A DNA stretch of 64,000 nt from Escherichia phage BEU44, in sequence record OM632670.1. One strand, 5' to 3'. Made by a program: the position numbers and the translations under genes. The notes below the pieces were generated by a model. The model did no database searches and was not told the DNA's origin. It worked only from the letters and a program-made list of their open reading frames with translations. This document shows, piece after piece, positions 42,825 to 57,841 of this stretch; position 1 is the stretch's first letter; every line of letters begins with the position of its first letter.

Positions 42825-42853
42825 CAAGGAACCCCCAGCAATGGGGGTATTAA

Positions 42854-44110
<1,257 letters not shown>

Positions 44111-44176
44111 TACTAGTAAATATCGGTACTATTTGACGGGTGTATAAACACACTCTCTGTTCATTAGGACTAACAG

Positions 44177-44198
44177 AGCCGGGGATACCCGGCTTTTT
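44177..44198 (+). terminator. intrinsic terminator
   Basis: 7-bp stem agccggg/cccggct (44177-44183, 44188-44194), GATA loop, then ttttt; separates structural genes from lysis cassette. Confidence 0.6.
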
Positions 44199-44213
44199 CA
44201 ATAAGGATTTAGC

Positions 44214-44546
44214 ATGAGTCATGAATCCGTAGAGGTGCTCCTAGCTCGAATGGAGGAACGTATGAAGACACTCTTCGAAAATAATGCCCGTGATGCTAAA
44301 TCTCGGCAAGATTTAGATGATGCTGTACGTAACCTTCAACTGTCTATTAATAAGATGGACACTCGACTGGAGAATGTAGAAAAGTCTCTGGCTGAGTCTG
44401 CCCCTACTATTGAAGAGTTCATTACCATCAAACATAAAGTTGTTGGTGCTGGATTGTTTGGTAAATGGGTATGGGCTGGAGCAGGTATCATTATTGGTAT
44501 ACTGGCTGCTGCCAGACGGGAGATTTTTGCATGGTTCGCAAGTTAA
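44214..44546 (+). CDS. membrane-anchored protein (110 aa), possible holin/antiholin-like
   Basis: N-terminal coiled region and C-terminal hydrophobic helix VVGAGLFGKWVWAGAGIIIGILAA; first gene of lysis cluster. Confidence 0.35.
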   Translation: MSHESVEVLLARMEERMKTLFENNARDAKSRQDLDDAVRNLQLSINKMDTRLENVEKSLAESAPTIEEFITIKHKVVGAGLFGKWVWAGAGIIIGILAAARREIFAWFAS

Positions 44547-44794
44547 CCAAACATGTGGAAATGGTTCCTAATTGGAAACGTTGTTGGAAATGGGCATCTA
44601 TTCAGATTAGCACATTAGCAATATTGTTCTTCTCTTGTGTGGATGCCTTATCCAGTTCTTTCTCTGCATTACCCCAACATATCCTCAAAGATATTCCACA
44701 TGGCAATAACATTGCTATAGCACTCTTTGTGCTGAATATTATTTGCCGACTGGTTCGTTTGAAACCAAAGGAGGATTGGTGTGGCAATAAGTAA
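44531..44794 (+). CDS. putative holin (two transmembrane helices)
   Basis: ATG at 44531 (longest ORF from 44465); helices WASIQISTLAILFFSCV and NIAIALFVLNIICRLV; overlaps the start of the endolysin gene. Confidence 0.45.
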   Translation: MVRKLTKHVEMVPNWKRCWKWASIQISTLAILFFSCVDALSSSFSALPQHILKDIPHGNNIAIALFVLNIICRLVRLKPKEDWCGNK

Positions 44795-45387
44795 GAAGAA
44801 AGTTGGTGGTGTTGGAGGAGTTATTGCAGCAATCATTGCTGCTGTATTTGCTGTTGAGGGTGGATACGTTAATGACCCCAAAGACCCAGGAGGTGAAACT
44901 AATCATGGTGTAACTATTCAGGTTGCTCAAAAGCATAAGCAAGAACTAGAGTCGATGTATAACTGGGATGGTTCAATGAAGAACTTAACTCAGGAAATGG
45001 CATCAAGTATTTATTACAACGATTACATCTTGAAGCCTGGCTTTGTTAAGTTTGCAGATGTATCACCGGCGGTAACAGAAAAACTAGTAGATGCTGGTGT
45101 TAATACTGGACCTGCAAGACCATCTCGTTGGTTACAAGAATCTCTTAATGCTTTCTCCAGAAATGGCAAAGACTACCCTAAAATACAAGTTGATGGTAAA
45201 GTCGGTTCTGGAACTCTAAGTGCATATAAGAGCCTTCAGAATAAACGAGGCAAAGTAGAAGCCTGTAAGCTCATTTTGAAGTCTCTGGATGGTAAACAGT
45301 TAAACTACTATTTATCTCTTAATATGCCTGAGTACACTACAGGATGGATTGCTAACCGTATTGGTAATGTCCCTCTGGAGAGGTGTA

Positions 45388-45407
<20 letters not shown>
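44781..45407 (+). CDS. N-acetylmuramidase endolysin (GH108 family) with N-terminal signal-anchor-release-like segment
   Basis: GH108 motif EGGYVNDPKDPGGETNHGVT; N-terminal Gly/Ala-rich hydrophobic segment VGGVGGVIAAIIAAVFAV; GTG start at 44781 with AGGAGG SD. Confidence 0.65.
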
Positions 45408-48191
<2,784 letters not shown>

Positions 48192-48193
48192 TT

Positions 48194-48541
48194 ATGTACA
48201 GCAAAGAAAAAGAAATTGAAGGACTGGAACACCAACTGAAGGGTATTAAAGCTGCTCGTGCTTATGCAGAAGATGTTCGTAAGCTGATGGGTAATTCCCT
48301 TTTCCGTAAAGTAATTCTTGAGCAATTCTGTACTGTAGACTGTGCTCGTTATGTACAAGAATCCTGTGACCCATTACTTGAAGACCGTCAACGTGCTGAT
48401 GCTCTTGCTATGGCTCAAGCTGCTGGTTGTTTAAAACGTTATCTGGAAATTACTCTTCAGAAAGCAGAAACACTGGTAGGTGTCCAATCAGATATTGAGA
48501 ATGCATTGGATGTTGCTCGTGGTGAACCTGAAGAAGTTTAA
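48194..48541 (+). CDS. hypothetical protein (115 aa)
   Basis: ORF between portal and capsid genes. Confidence 0.35.
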   Translation: MYSKEKEIEGLEHQLKGIKAARAYAEDVRKLMGNSLFRKVILEQFCTVDCARYVQESCDPLLEDRQRADALAMAQAAGCLKRYLEITLQKAETLVGVQSDIENALDVARGEPEEV

Positions 48542-48566
48542 TTAATCCTAACTCGGAGATACTCCC

Positions 48567-49784
48567 ATGACTACGGAAGCTGCAAAAACAGCTTCCGACA
48601 TTTTTAAAATGTCGGATGAAGAGATTCTGAACATGCCTGGTCCATCAAGCATTCAGAACAACCCGGAACCGGTAGAAAATAATACTCCTGCACAACCAGA
48701 CCCAATTGTTGAAGTTGAACAAACTGATGAACCAGAAGTAACTACTGAACCAACTGAAGTAGAAAATACTTCTGAATCAGAAAGCAATTCAGATGCATTC
48801 ACAACTGGTAATGATAGTGCTACAGTTGACCCAAATAAGGTTGACAGCAACAGTAAGCCTGCTACTGATAATGCACCTTCTACTACTGAGCAAGGCCAAG
48901 CAAAAGTAGAAGAAGACAAGCAGGTATCAGACCAGAAAACTGACTTCGACTATAAGGCTGGTTATGAACGGATAATGGCTCCGTTTAAAGCTAACGGCAA
49001 AATGATTACTCCTCAAAGTCCTGAAGAGGTCATTAGCCTGATGCAAATGGGAGCTAACTATACCCGTAAAATGCAGGAGATTCAGCCGTATCGTAAGTAT
49101 CTCCTGATGTTAGAAAACAACGGATTATTAGATGAAGGGCAACTCTCTTATGCTATCGATTTAGTTAAAGGGAATCCTGATGCTATTAAGAAGTTGGTTA
49201 AAGAATCTGGTATTGATGTTCTGGATATTAATCCGGAAGAGGAAGTTAAATACCAAGCTGGTAATCACCGTGTGTCAGATGCTGAAGCAGCATTTGCAAC
49301 CGAACTGGAAGATGCTAAATCCACTCCAGAAGGACAAGCTACTCTTCAGTTAATTTCGACTACGTGGGATGACCACAGCAAACAGGCATTGCTGGAAAAT
49401 CGTGGTCTGGTTAATACCATCGTTGAACAGAAAGCTAACGGTATTTACGACCGTATTGTTTCTGAAATTGAACGACTCAAAATCTTAGGCCAAATCCCAA
49501 TCGGTACAGCATTCCTGGATGCTTATAATCAAGTCGGTAACTACCTTGCTGCTAATGGTGGTTTTAATGATTTGATTAAGCAGAAACCTGTTGAACAACC
49601 TAAACCAGTGGTTCAGCCAGTAGCAACTCGTGTTGCAACTCCTAAGTCTGAAATCACTAATACTCAACAGGCAGCAGCGGCATCCCCATCACGGGTTACA
49701 CCGCGTAAGACAGAAGTCCTTGTTAATCCTCTTGCAATGAGTGACGAGGACTTTATGAAACTACCTCGGCTGAACGGCCTATAA
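48567..49784 (+). CDS. hypothetical protein with acidic N-terminal region, candidate scaffolding protein
   Basis: 405 aa; Glu/Thr/Pro-rich acidic N-terminus; immediately upstream of capsid gene. Confidence 0.35.
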   Translation: MTTEAAKTASDIFKMSDEEILNMPGPSSIQNNPEPVENNTPAQPDPIVEVEQTDEPEVTTEPTEVENTSESESNSDAFTTGNDSATVDPNKVDSNSKPATDNAPSTTEQGQAKVEEDKQVSDQKTDFDYKAGYERIMAPFKANGKMITPQSPEEVISLMQMGANYTRKMQEIQPYRKYLLMLENNGLLDEGQLSYAIDLVKGNPDAIKKLVKESGIDVLDINPEEEVKYQAGNHRVSDAEAAFATELEDAKSTPEGQATLQLISTTWDDHSKQALLENRGLVNTIVEQKANGIYDRIVSEIERLKILGQIPIGTAFLDAYNQVGNYLAANGGFNDLIKQKPVEQPKPVVQPVATRVATPKSEITNTQQAAAASPSRVTPRKTEVLVNPLAMSDEDFMKLPRLNGL

Positions 49785-49795
49785 GGAATTGAGAC

Positions 49796-51001
49796 ATGTT
49801 GAACTATAACGCTCCTACTGACGGTCAGAAATCTAGTATTGATGGTGCTAACTCTGACCAGATGCAAACCTTCTTCTGGCTGAAGAAAGCAATCATCACT
49901 GCCCGTAAAGAGCAGTACTTCATGCCACTGGCCTCTGTAACTAACATGCCGAAGCATTACGGTAAGACCATCAAGGTATATGAATATGTTCCTCTGCTGG
50001 ATGACCGTAACATCAATGACCAGGGTATTGATGCAAGTGGTGCTACCATCGTTAACGGTAACCTGTATGGTTCCAGCAAAGACATCGGTAACATTACTTC
50101 CAAATTGCCTCTACTGACTGAAAACGGCGGTCGAGTTAACCGTGTTGGTTTTACTCGTATTGCTCGTGAAGGTTCTATTCACAAGTTTGGCTTCTTCTAT
50201 GAGTTCACTCAGGAATCTATTGATTTCGATTCTGACGATGGCCTGATGGAACACCTGTCCCGTGAACTGATGAATGGTGCTACTCAGATTACTGAAGCTG
50301 TACTGCAAAAAGACTTGCTGGCTGCTGCTGGTACTGTTCTGTATGCTGGTGCTGCTACTTCTGATGCCACCATCACTGGTGAAGGTTCTACTCCGTCTAT
50401 CGTTTCTTATAAGAACCTGATGCGTCTTGACCAGATTCTGACAGAGAACCGTACTCCTACTCAGACTACCATCATCACTGGTTCCCGTATGATTGATACT
50501 AAAGTCATCGGTGCTACTCGTGTTATGTATGTAGGTTCTGAACTGGTTCCAGAACTGAAAGCAATGAGAGACTTGTTCGGTAATAAAGCCTTTATCGAAA
50601 CTCAGCACTATGCTGATGCAGGTACTATCATGAATGGTGAAGTCGGTTCTATTGATAAGTTCCGTATCATTCAGGTTCCGGAGATGCTGCACTGGGCAGG
50701 TGCTGGTGCACAGGCTACTGGAGCTAACCCTGGTTACCGTACCTCTATGGTATCTGGTCAGGAGCACTATGACGTTTACCCAATGCTGGTAGTAGGTGAT
50801 GATTCCTTTACCTCTATTGGCTTCCAGACTGATGGTAAGTCACTTAAATTTACCGTTATGACTAAGATGCCTGGTAAAGAAACTGCTGACCGTAATGACC
50901 CATATGGTGAAACTGGTTTCTCCAGCATCAAATGGTACTACGGTATTCTGGTTAAACGTCCAGAACGTCTGGCTCTTATTAAAACTGTAGCTCCGCTGTA
51001 A
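49796..51001 (+). CDS. major capsid protein
   Basis: 401 aa; position after portal/scaffold-like genes; followed by strong hairpin; ATG 49796 with AGGAA SD. Confidence 0.5.
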   Translation: MLNYNAPTDGQKSSIDGANSDQMQTFFWLKKAIITARKEQYFMPLASVTNMPKHYGKTIKVYEYVPLLDDRNINDQGIDASGATIVNGNLYGSSKDIGNITSKLPLLTENGGRVNRVGFTRIAREGSIHKFGFFYEFTQESIDFDSDDGLMEHLSRELMNGATQITEAVLQKDLLAAAGTVLYAGAATSDATITGEGSTPSIVSYKNLMRLDQILTENRTPTQTTIITGSRMIDTKVIGATRVMYVGSELVPELKAMRDLFGNKAFIETQHYADAGTIMNGEVGSIDKFRIIQVPEMLHWAGAGAQATGANPGYRTSMVSGQEHYDVYPMLVVGDDSFTSIGFQTDGKSLKFTVMTKMPGKETADRNDPYGETGFSSIKWYYGILVKRPERLALIKTVAPL

Positions 51002-51019
51002 TAGTTGGGCTAACATCAG

Positions 51020-51037
51020 GGGGAGGGAAACCTCCCC
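51020..51037 (+). other. GC hairpin with GAAA tetraloop after capsid gene
   Basis: 7-bp stem ggggagg/cctcccc around gaaa, followed by ttactttat; terminator/attenuator candidate. Confidence 0.4.
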
Positions 51038-51063
51038 TTACTTTATGAATAGGATATATACAC

Positions 51064-51690
51064 ATGAGCATTAACGATAAACCGACCGCTGATTTAACTC
51101 AGGGCAACGATGACACCGTTGATGAAGTTAAGGTTGATGAACTTTCTCTGCTGAAACAACGAGCTAATATGATGGGTATTTCATACTCAAATAATATTAG
51201 TGCTGAAACTCTTCGTAAGAAGATTGAAGCAGCACAGGAAAATAAAGCTCAGGAACCAGTAGAACCTCAGCCTAATCCTCTGGCTCTGTCTACAGGTACA
51301 GTAACTACGGCAACTTCTTTACGTCACCAGCAACGCTTAGAACAATTAAAGCTGGTTCGAGTACGTATTCAGAACCTTGACCCTAAGAAGAAAGACCTGC
51401 CTGGTGAGATTATTACAGTAGCTAACGAATATATTGGTACTGTTCGTAAATTCGTTCCATTTGGTGAAGCTACTGATGAGGGCTATCACATCCCTTACTG
51501 TATTTATAATTTCCTCAAAGAACGTAAGTTCCTGAACATTCGAGTTACCAAAGGTAAGAATGGTCAGCCTAATATTACGTCTGCATGGGTACGTGAGTTT
51601 GCCATTGAAGTTCTGCCTCCACTGACTAAGGAAGAATTACAAACTCTGGCTGCTGCTCAGATTGCTGCTGGTAGCGTAGACTCTCAATAA
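51064..51690 (+). CDS. hypothetical virion protein (208 aa)
   Basis: ORF in late operon. Confidence 0.35.
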   Translation: MSINDKPTADLTQGNDDTVDEVKVDELSLLKQRANMMGISYSNNISAETLRKKIEAAQENKAQEPVEPQPNPLALSTGTVTTATSLRHQQRLEQLKLVRVRIQNLDPKKKDLPGEIITVANEYIGTVRKFVPFGEATDEGYHIPYCIYNFLKERKFLNIRVTKGKNGQPNITSAWVREFAIEVLPPLTKEELQTLAAAQIAAGSVDSQ

Positions 51691-51710
51691 GAGTTAATCT
51701 GTAAGTCAGC

Positions 51711-51747
51711 ACGGCTCACTGGGTAAAACCGTGAGCCGTTTTCTTTT
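51711..51747 (+). terminator. intrinsic terminator
   Basis: 9-bp stem acggctcac/gtgagccgt (51711-51719, 51731-51739) followed by tttctttt. Confidence 0.55.
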
Positions 51748-51760
51748 AATGAACCAATGA

Positions 51761-52669
<909 letters not shown>

Positions 52670-52672
52670 TAC

Positions 52673-55330
52673 ATGGGACTGTTTAGCAGTAAGACTAAAA
52701 TCTACGTAGCATCCTCTGTCTACAATTTGGCAGGGGATATACATAAACGTCCAAATTATTTAAAGACTACGGTGATTGGTAACATCGTCAGTAAATCTGA
52801 CTTTAGTATGGGTGATACCATCACTGACTCTTATTTAAATGGACCTGGTATTCGTTTACGTAGATTCCCTGGTTGGGCTGCAACTAACTATGACCCTTCA
52901 ATTGGTATTGCTTATGGGAACTTGTCAGTACTGTCTCAGATAGACCCTGAAGTAGTTAAATGGCAAGTTCCTCAAAAAGCAGGTTATGAGGTACAGGTTC
53001 AGAGCAGTAGGATTGGATTTGGTGATTTTGAGGAATGGGCTGATAAATTCCTCTATGAGAATTATCCAGACCGTATTACTGAAGAGTTTGAAATAGACAT
53101 CATGGATGATGACAGGATTGTACTCACTGCTACTGATGGTAGTGAGTTATCCTTTTATCCAAAGAATTACAGTCAGGATGCAATGTATCTGTATGTGAAT
53201 TATTACTACATACAGCCTACTAGTGTTGCAGACCCAGTGGTTCATCCTGTTGTATCTGTATCATCTGCTGATGACTTACCTTCTACTTCTGAATGGACTC
53301 AGGTATCTCAGAACCATACCCCTAAGTCAGCTACTCTGAAGACAGTTACTCATATTAAGAGTGTATTCTCTGATGGTAGACCTGATGAGGAAAGTACCAA
53401 TACTGAAGAAGAACAGGTTAGTTGGACTAACTTCTCAGATGTTTACGAGAAAGAATTTCGTGAACCAAGTGAAGTAGGCTTAATCATTATTCGTAAGACT
53501 ACAATGACCCAGGTACAGACTGGTACTGTATCTACTGGTTCCACTACAAACACTGAAGTTATTGATTTAGGTGGTGGGGTTACTGAAACCAGAACTACTA
53601 CAGTAACTACAGATACTTTAGGTTATACATGGTCTTATCAGAATACAGATGTAGTTACTACTCTGTCTGCTGGTGGTATGCCTCAACTGTTTATTTATAA
53701 ACAGAATAGTGGTAATGCTGTTCTTGATGCTTTGTTTATTAATAAAACAACCAATAACAGATTCTATTCATTCATCCCTATCCGTAGTGATAAGAACTGG
53801 ATTTCTGGTTCTACATATACTCTTTGTAAGAAAGCCTTTAAGAAGGCTACAGGGGGTAAGATTTCTGACATTATGGATGACCTGAAGAAGAATAAAGATA
53901 TTGGTGATATTCAGTATATCTATGCTGTATTTGGTTGTTCTCTTAACAGTCCTGAAAATACAGCTAAAGAGTACATATACAGGTTCTTCCAGTTAGTGAA
54001 TCAGTCAATGCCTGCTGACCCAAACTACCCAACTATGGATGCTTTGGTAGAAGGCTTTGCTCAGGCTAACAGGGACTTTGATGCCTACCAGGAATGGTGG
54101 AAATCTCGTAGTGGTAATAGGGATATTCCCATAGGGAAACCCCCTAAAAGACCCGTATATCCAACAATACCTTCTAAATCCATTAATATTCGTTCTAACG
54201 GTGGATACCGTTACAACATGACTATTAGTTGGAACTTCATTGAAGAGTCAGTTGGTTCGGGAAAAGCATTCTCTGGAGCCAAGAAAGGGCAGCTCAAGTT
54301 TGCTTATGAAGGTACTGTAGTCCTTATGCAGAAAGCCGTTATGTACTCTGAAAAGGGTAATGACAAAGTTGGGTTTAATATCTACAGGCTAGATAAGATA
54401 ACAATGTATTGGCAGGATGGGGATAATTCATGGAGGAAGATTTCTGTCTATGGCCTGAACCATAACAATAATGTTTACAAGAATAAATCTGTAAGCATTT
54501 CTGGTGTAGATGCACTAAATGATGATGAAGAGTCCGGATTTATCATCCCTCTTCATAACAACATTTATCGTAGTATGTCTTTGGTAAATGGTACTCAGTT
54601 ATCTACTGCATGTTGTTATCTGGTTCTTAACTCATATAAGAAAGTTAAGAAGAAATGGTATCAGTCTGGCATCTTTAAAGTAGTAGTGGTTGTTGTTGCA
54701 GTAGTAGTGTCTGTGTTCTTTACTCCTGCTGCTGGTGCTGGGGTAATGGGTACTGCTGCTTCTATTGGTGCTGCATTAGGTTTTGCAGGGTTAGCTGCTA
54801 TTATCGTTGGGGCTGTGGCTAATGCCATTGCAGCTATGATTCTGATGTCCATTATTCAAACAGTCTCTGTTAGTCTGCTTGGGGATAAGATTGGAATCAT
54901 TGTTGCTACCATTGCCTCTATGGTAGCCATGAATGTTGGTACAGCTTTATCCACTGGTTCATCCATGTCTACGATGCTGGGTGAAATGATGAAAGCAGAT
55001 AACATCATTAAACTCACTTCATCTGTAGGAAATGGCATAAGTGATTACATCAATGCTTCTGCTATGGAAACTGTCAAAAAGACAGAGAAACTTATGGCAG
55101 AGTACCGTGACCAGATGAAAACCATTCAGGAAAAGTACGAGGAAATGTTTGGCACTGAGGGCATGGGTTACATTGACCCAATGAACCTAACTAATGTAGG
55201 CCAACAATTTGAGCCATTGGATTCATTCCTTAACCGTACTCTTATGACTGGTCATGATATAGCTGACATGTCTAACAACATGATTACCAACTTTGCAGAT
55301 ATAACGTTGCAGCTTGATTTAGATACGTAA
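52673..55330 (+). CDS. large internal virion protein (885 aa) with polytopic hydrophobic C-proximal segment
   Basis: Residues about 665-760 form consecutive Val/Ala/Gly-rich hydrophobic helices; upstream of the virion RNAP gene. Confidence 0.4.
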   Translation: MGLFSSKTKIYVASSVYNLAGDIHKRPNYLKTTVIGNIVSKSDFSMGDTITDSYLNGPGIRLRRFPGWAATNYDPSIGIAYGNLSVLSQIDPEVVKWQVPQKAGYEVQVQSSRIGFGDFEEWADKFLYENYPDRITEEFEIDIMDDDRIVLTATDGSELSFYPKNYSQDAMYLYVNYYYIQPTSVADPVVHPVVSVSSADDLPSTSEWTQVSQNHTPKSATLKTVTHIKSVFSDGRPDEESTNTEEEQVSWTNFSDVYEKEFREPSEVGLIIIRKTTMTQVQTGTVSTGSTTNTEVIDLGGGVTETRTTTVTTDTLGYTWSYQNTDVVTTLSAGGMPQLFIYKQNSGNAVLDALFINKTTNNRFYSFIPIRSDKNWISGSTYTLCKKAFKKATGGKISDIMDDLKKNKDIGDIQYIYAVFGCSLNSPENTAKEYIYRFFQLVNQSMPADPNYPTMDALVEGFAQANRDFDAYQEWWKSRSGNRDIPIGKPPKRPVYPTIPSKSINIRSNGGYRYNMTISWNFIEESVGSGKAFSGAKKGQLKFAYEGTVVLMQKAVMYSEKGNDKVGFNIYRLDKITMYWQDGDNSWRKISVYGLNHNNNVYKNKSVSISGVDALNDDEESGFIIPLHNNIYRSMSLVNGTQLSTACCYLVLNSYKKVKKKWYQSGIFKVVVVVVAVVVSVFFTPAAGAGVMGTAASIGAALGFAGLAAIIVGAVANAIAAMILMSIIQTVSVSLLGDKIGIIVATIASMVAMNVGTALSTGSSMSTMLGEMMKADNIIKLTSSVGNGISDYINASAMETVKKTEKLMAEYRDQMKTIQEKYEEMFGTEGMGYIDPMNLTNVGQQFEPLDSFLNRTLMTGHDIADMSNNMITNFADITLQLDLDT

Positions 55331-55343
55331 CAGGAGAATCCTT

Positions 55344-55796
55344 ATGGATACTAATTTCCTTTTTGGAACCCCATCTGCACAAAGCAATTTTGGCTATGGG
55401 TATGGTTCCTTTAATACCCCAACCATGAACTATAACCCTATGCAATCCGGCATCCTTAGTAATGATTGGCTTCAGAATATTACTGGTGGTGCTACAGGGA
55501 ATACCGGTGGGCAGACTCAAGGGCTTACTGACCAACTGGGTCTGAACATTCCTACCTTCCAGTTGGGGTTAGGTGGTCTTAACGCACTGGGTAATATCTA
55601 TGGTGCATTACAGGCTAACAAGTTAGCTAAGAGTCAGTTCTCTTTTGCTAAAGATGTTACTAACACTAATCTGAATAACCAGATTAAGTCCTATAACACT
55701 GCTCTGGAAGACCGTGCTCGTAGTCGTGCTGTTGCAGAAAATCGTGACCAATCTACGGCTGATGCTTACATTGCAGCTAATCGCTTAACTCGTTAA
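55344..55796 (+). CDS. hypothetical virion protein (150 aa)
   Basis: Gly/Asn/Thr-rich; ATG 55344 with GGAG SD. Confidence 0.35.
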   Translation: MDTNFLFGTPSAQSNFGYGYGSFNTPTMNYNPMQSGILSNDWLQNITGGATGNTGGQTQGLTDQLGLNIPTFQLGLGGLNALGNIYGALQANKLAKSQFSFAKDVTNTNLNNQIKSYNTALEDRARSRAVAENRDQSTADAYIAANRLTR

Positions 55797-55806
55797 GAGG
55801 TATCAC

Positions 55807-57741
55807 ATGGCTCAAATTACATGGCGTAATGTTGATGCTCCTTCTTTCTCTGGTGTTGGGGATAGTATTCGTACTTTCTCCAATATGCTGGGTAATGCCA
55901 CTGCCGGATTGAGTAATGCATTAGGTGATTTTCGAGACTCTGCAAGACAGCAAGCTGGTGATGCAATTATGGCTGAAGCCATGCGTTACCAAGACCCTAA
56001 TGAGTATCGTAATGCCTTAGCTTCTGGAGCATTATTTGCTGGCTATGACCCTTCTCTAATTTCTTCTCGTACTATGGAGAACTTAGATAATCGTGCTGGC
56101 AATCTGTTAGACCAAGCATCTAAACAACAAAATCTGGATTTCACTCGATACAGTAATGACAGAACCATGAAGGTAAATGCAGCTACTGATGCTGCTGCTC
56201 CTGCATTGCAGGAATTGGCTCTGGCTTATCAATCTGGTGACCCAAGAAAGGTTCAGGCAGCACAGGCTCAGTATGGAGACGTATTAAAAACCCTTCCTGC
56301 TGGTGTTGTTATGGACTACATGAACAACCTTCAAGGACAGGGTACTGCTGGTATTGGTCAACGTCGCAGCTTATTCAACTTAGGTGTTGATATGCGTAAC
56401 GATGCGGATACTCAGGCTGCTATGCAGTTACTGAATAATATTCGTCGTGGTGCATACAGTGCTGACGATGCTCGTATGCTTGCAGAGGGTACGTTCGACC
56501 AAATGTCACCAGGAGCAGTAAGTCGTGCACTATCTCAGTTAGATAGAGCATACCCAGGTGCATATACTCCGGGAACTGGTTCTGCATCTCTATCTCCTCC
56601 TGGTACTCAGGGTACTCGGAATGGTTCTGCATATGACACTACCTATAAGTTCACACCAACTGATGTACCTATTACTCAGATGAACTTAGGTCAGGTGGTT
56701 CAGCATCAAGACACTATGAAGAAGACACTAGGTGCTTCTCCTGTTGGTGCATACCAGATTAACCAAGATACCCTTAAAGACTTTGCTCCAAAGGTATTTG
56801 GTGAAGATTGGCAGAACATCCCTATGTCTCCGGAGAACCAAGACAAACTGGGTGAAGCTATTTTTAATGCTCGTAAGAATGGCAATCTGAAGAGTACATG
56901 GGCTGCTTTACCAGATGATACTCCGGGTGCTTATAAGAACCTGTCATGGGATGAAATGAAGGATTACATTGCTCAAGCAGAAACAGGTAATTCTATTAAT
57001 CCATTACAGGAACAAGCATTCACTTCTGTTGCTGGTAATACTGTTGGTACTCGTAATATGCAGAATATTGGTAATACTCTGCTGCCTGAATACCAAGCTG
57101 CTACTGTTGACCCTTCTACGACTGGTCAGGTGGCTAAACGTATTATTGATAACAATGAACTGAAAGGCATTAACCAAGGTGCACTGGTTCGACAAATCAA
57201 TGAGGTAGCAAAACAGAATGCTATTTCTCCCGCTATGGCAGGAGCAATCATTCAACGCAGTATCACTGGTAAACCAGAGGGATGGTTTAGTGGTATTCGA
57301 AATGCCTTTGATACTGATGTTATTGATTTGGGTGGTGATTACCAACTGGATAAAGCAGCCGTAGAAGCAAATGCAAAACTTGCAACTACTGGTACTGCTA
57401 TTGAACAGAATGCTCGTAATCAGCTTACTGCACAAATTCAATCAAACATCTATGCAGCACAGAATACGTTAGATACTGCACTTGCTGATTTACGTGAAGT
57501 ACAGCGTCGTATTCAGACCGGTCAGGAAAACCTTAGAAGTGTACTACCTCGCTATCAGGAGCGAGTTAATACTGCTAAACGTCTTCTTGATGGTGCTCGT
57601 AGTGCTGTAGCTGCTGACCCTCAGAATTTGGATATTAAGAGCCTACAAAATATTAAACAGGAAGAGAGCGAGGCAAACCGGAGAAGTTTAGGCAGAGATG
57701 CCGGACGTCGATTGGGTATCCCTGATATATTTCCTCGTTAA
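55807..57741 (+). CDS. hypothetical virion protein (644 aa)
   Basis: ORF immediately upstream of virion RNAP gene; ATG 55807 with AAGAGG SD. Confidence 0.35.
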   Translation: MAQITWRNVDAPSFSGVGDSIRTFSNMLGNATAGLSNALGDFRDSARQQAGDAIMAEAMRYQDPNEYRNALASGALFAGYDPSLISSRTMENLDNRAGNLLDQASKQQNLDFTRYSNDRTMKVNAATDAAAPALQELALAYQSGDPRKVQAAQAQYGDVLKTLPAGVVMDYMNNLQGQGTAGIGQRRSLFNLGVDMRNDADTQAAMQLLNNIRRGAYSADDARMLAEGTFDQMSPGAVSRALSQLDRAYPGAYTPGTGSASLSPPGTQGTRNGSAYDTTYKFTPTDVPITQMNLGQVVQHQDTMKKTLGASPVGAYQINQDTLKDFAPKVFGEDWQNIPMSPENQDKLGEAIFNARKNGNLKSTWAALPDDTPGAYKNLSWDEMKDYIAQAETGNSINPLQEQAFTSVAGNTVGTRNMQNIGNTLLPEYQAATVDPSTTGQVAKRIIDNNELKGINQGALVRQINEVAKQNAISPAMAGAIIQRSITGKPEGWFSGIRNAFDTDVIDLGGDYQLDKAAVEANAKLATTGTAIEQNARNQLTAQIQSNIYAAQNTLDTALADLREVQRRIQTGQENLRSVLPRYQERVNTAKRLLDGARSAVAADPQNLDIKSLQNIKQEESEANRRSLGRDAGRRLGIPDIFPR

Positions 57742-57756
57742 TTTCTACCATAATAC

Positions 57757-57778
57757 AAAAGCCCTTCGGGGCTTTTTT
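57757..57778 (+). terminator. intrinsic terminator with UUCG tetraloop
   Basis: aaaagccc ttcg gggctttttt; 16 nt after stop of preceding gene. Confidence 0.65.
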
Positions 57779-57841
57779 CTCGTCCTTACACTAGGTATAG
57801 TGTGATTTCTAATAGATATAAGTTTGTATAGGAAACCTACT

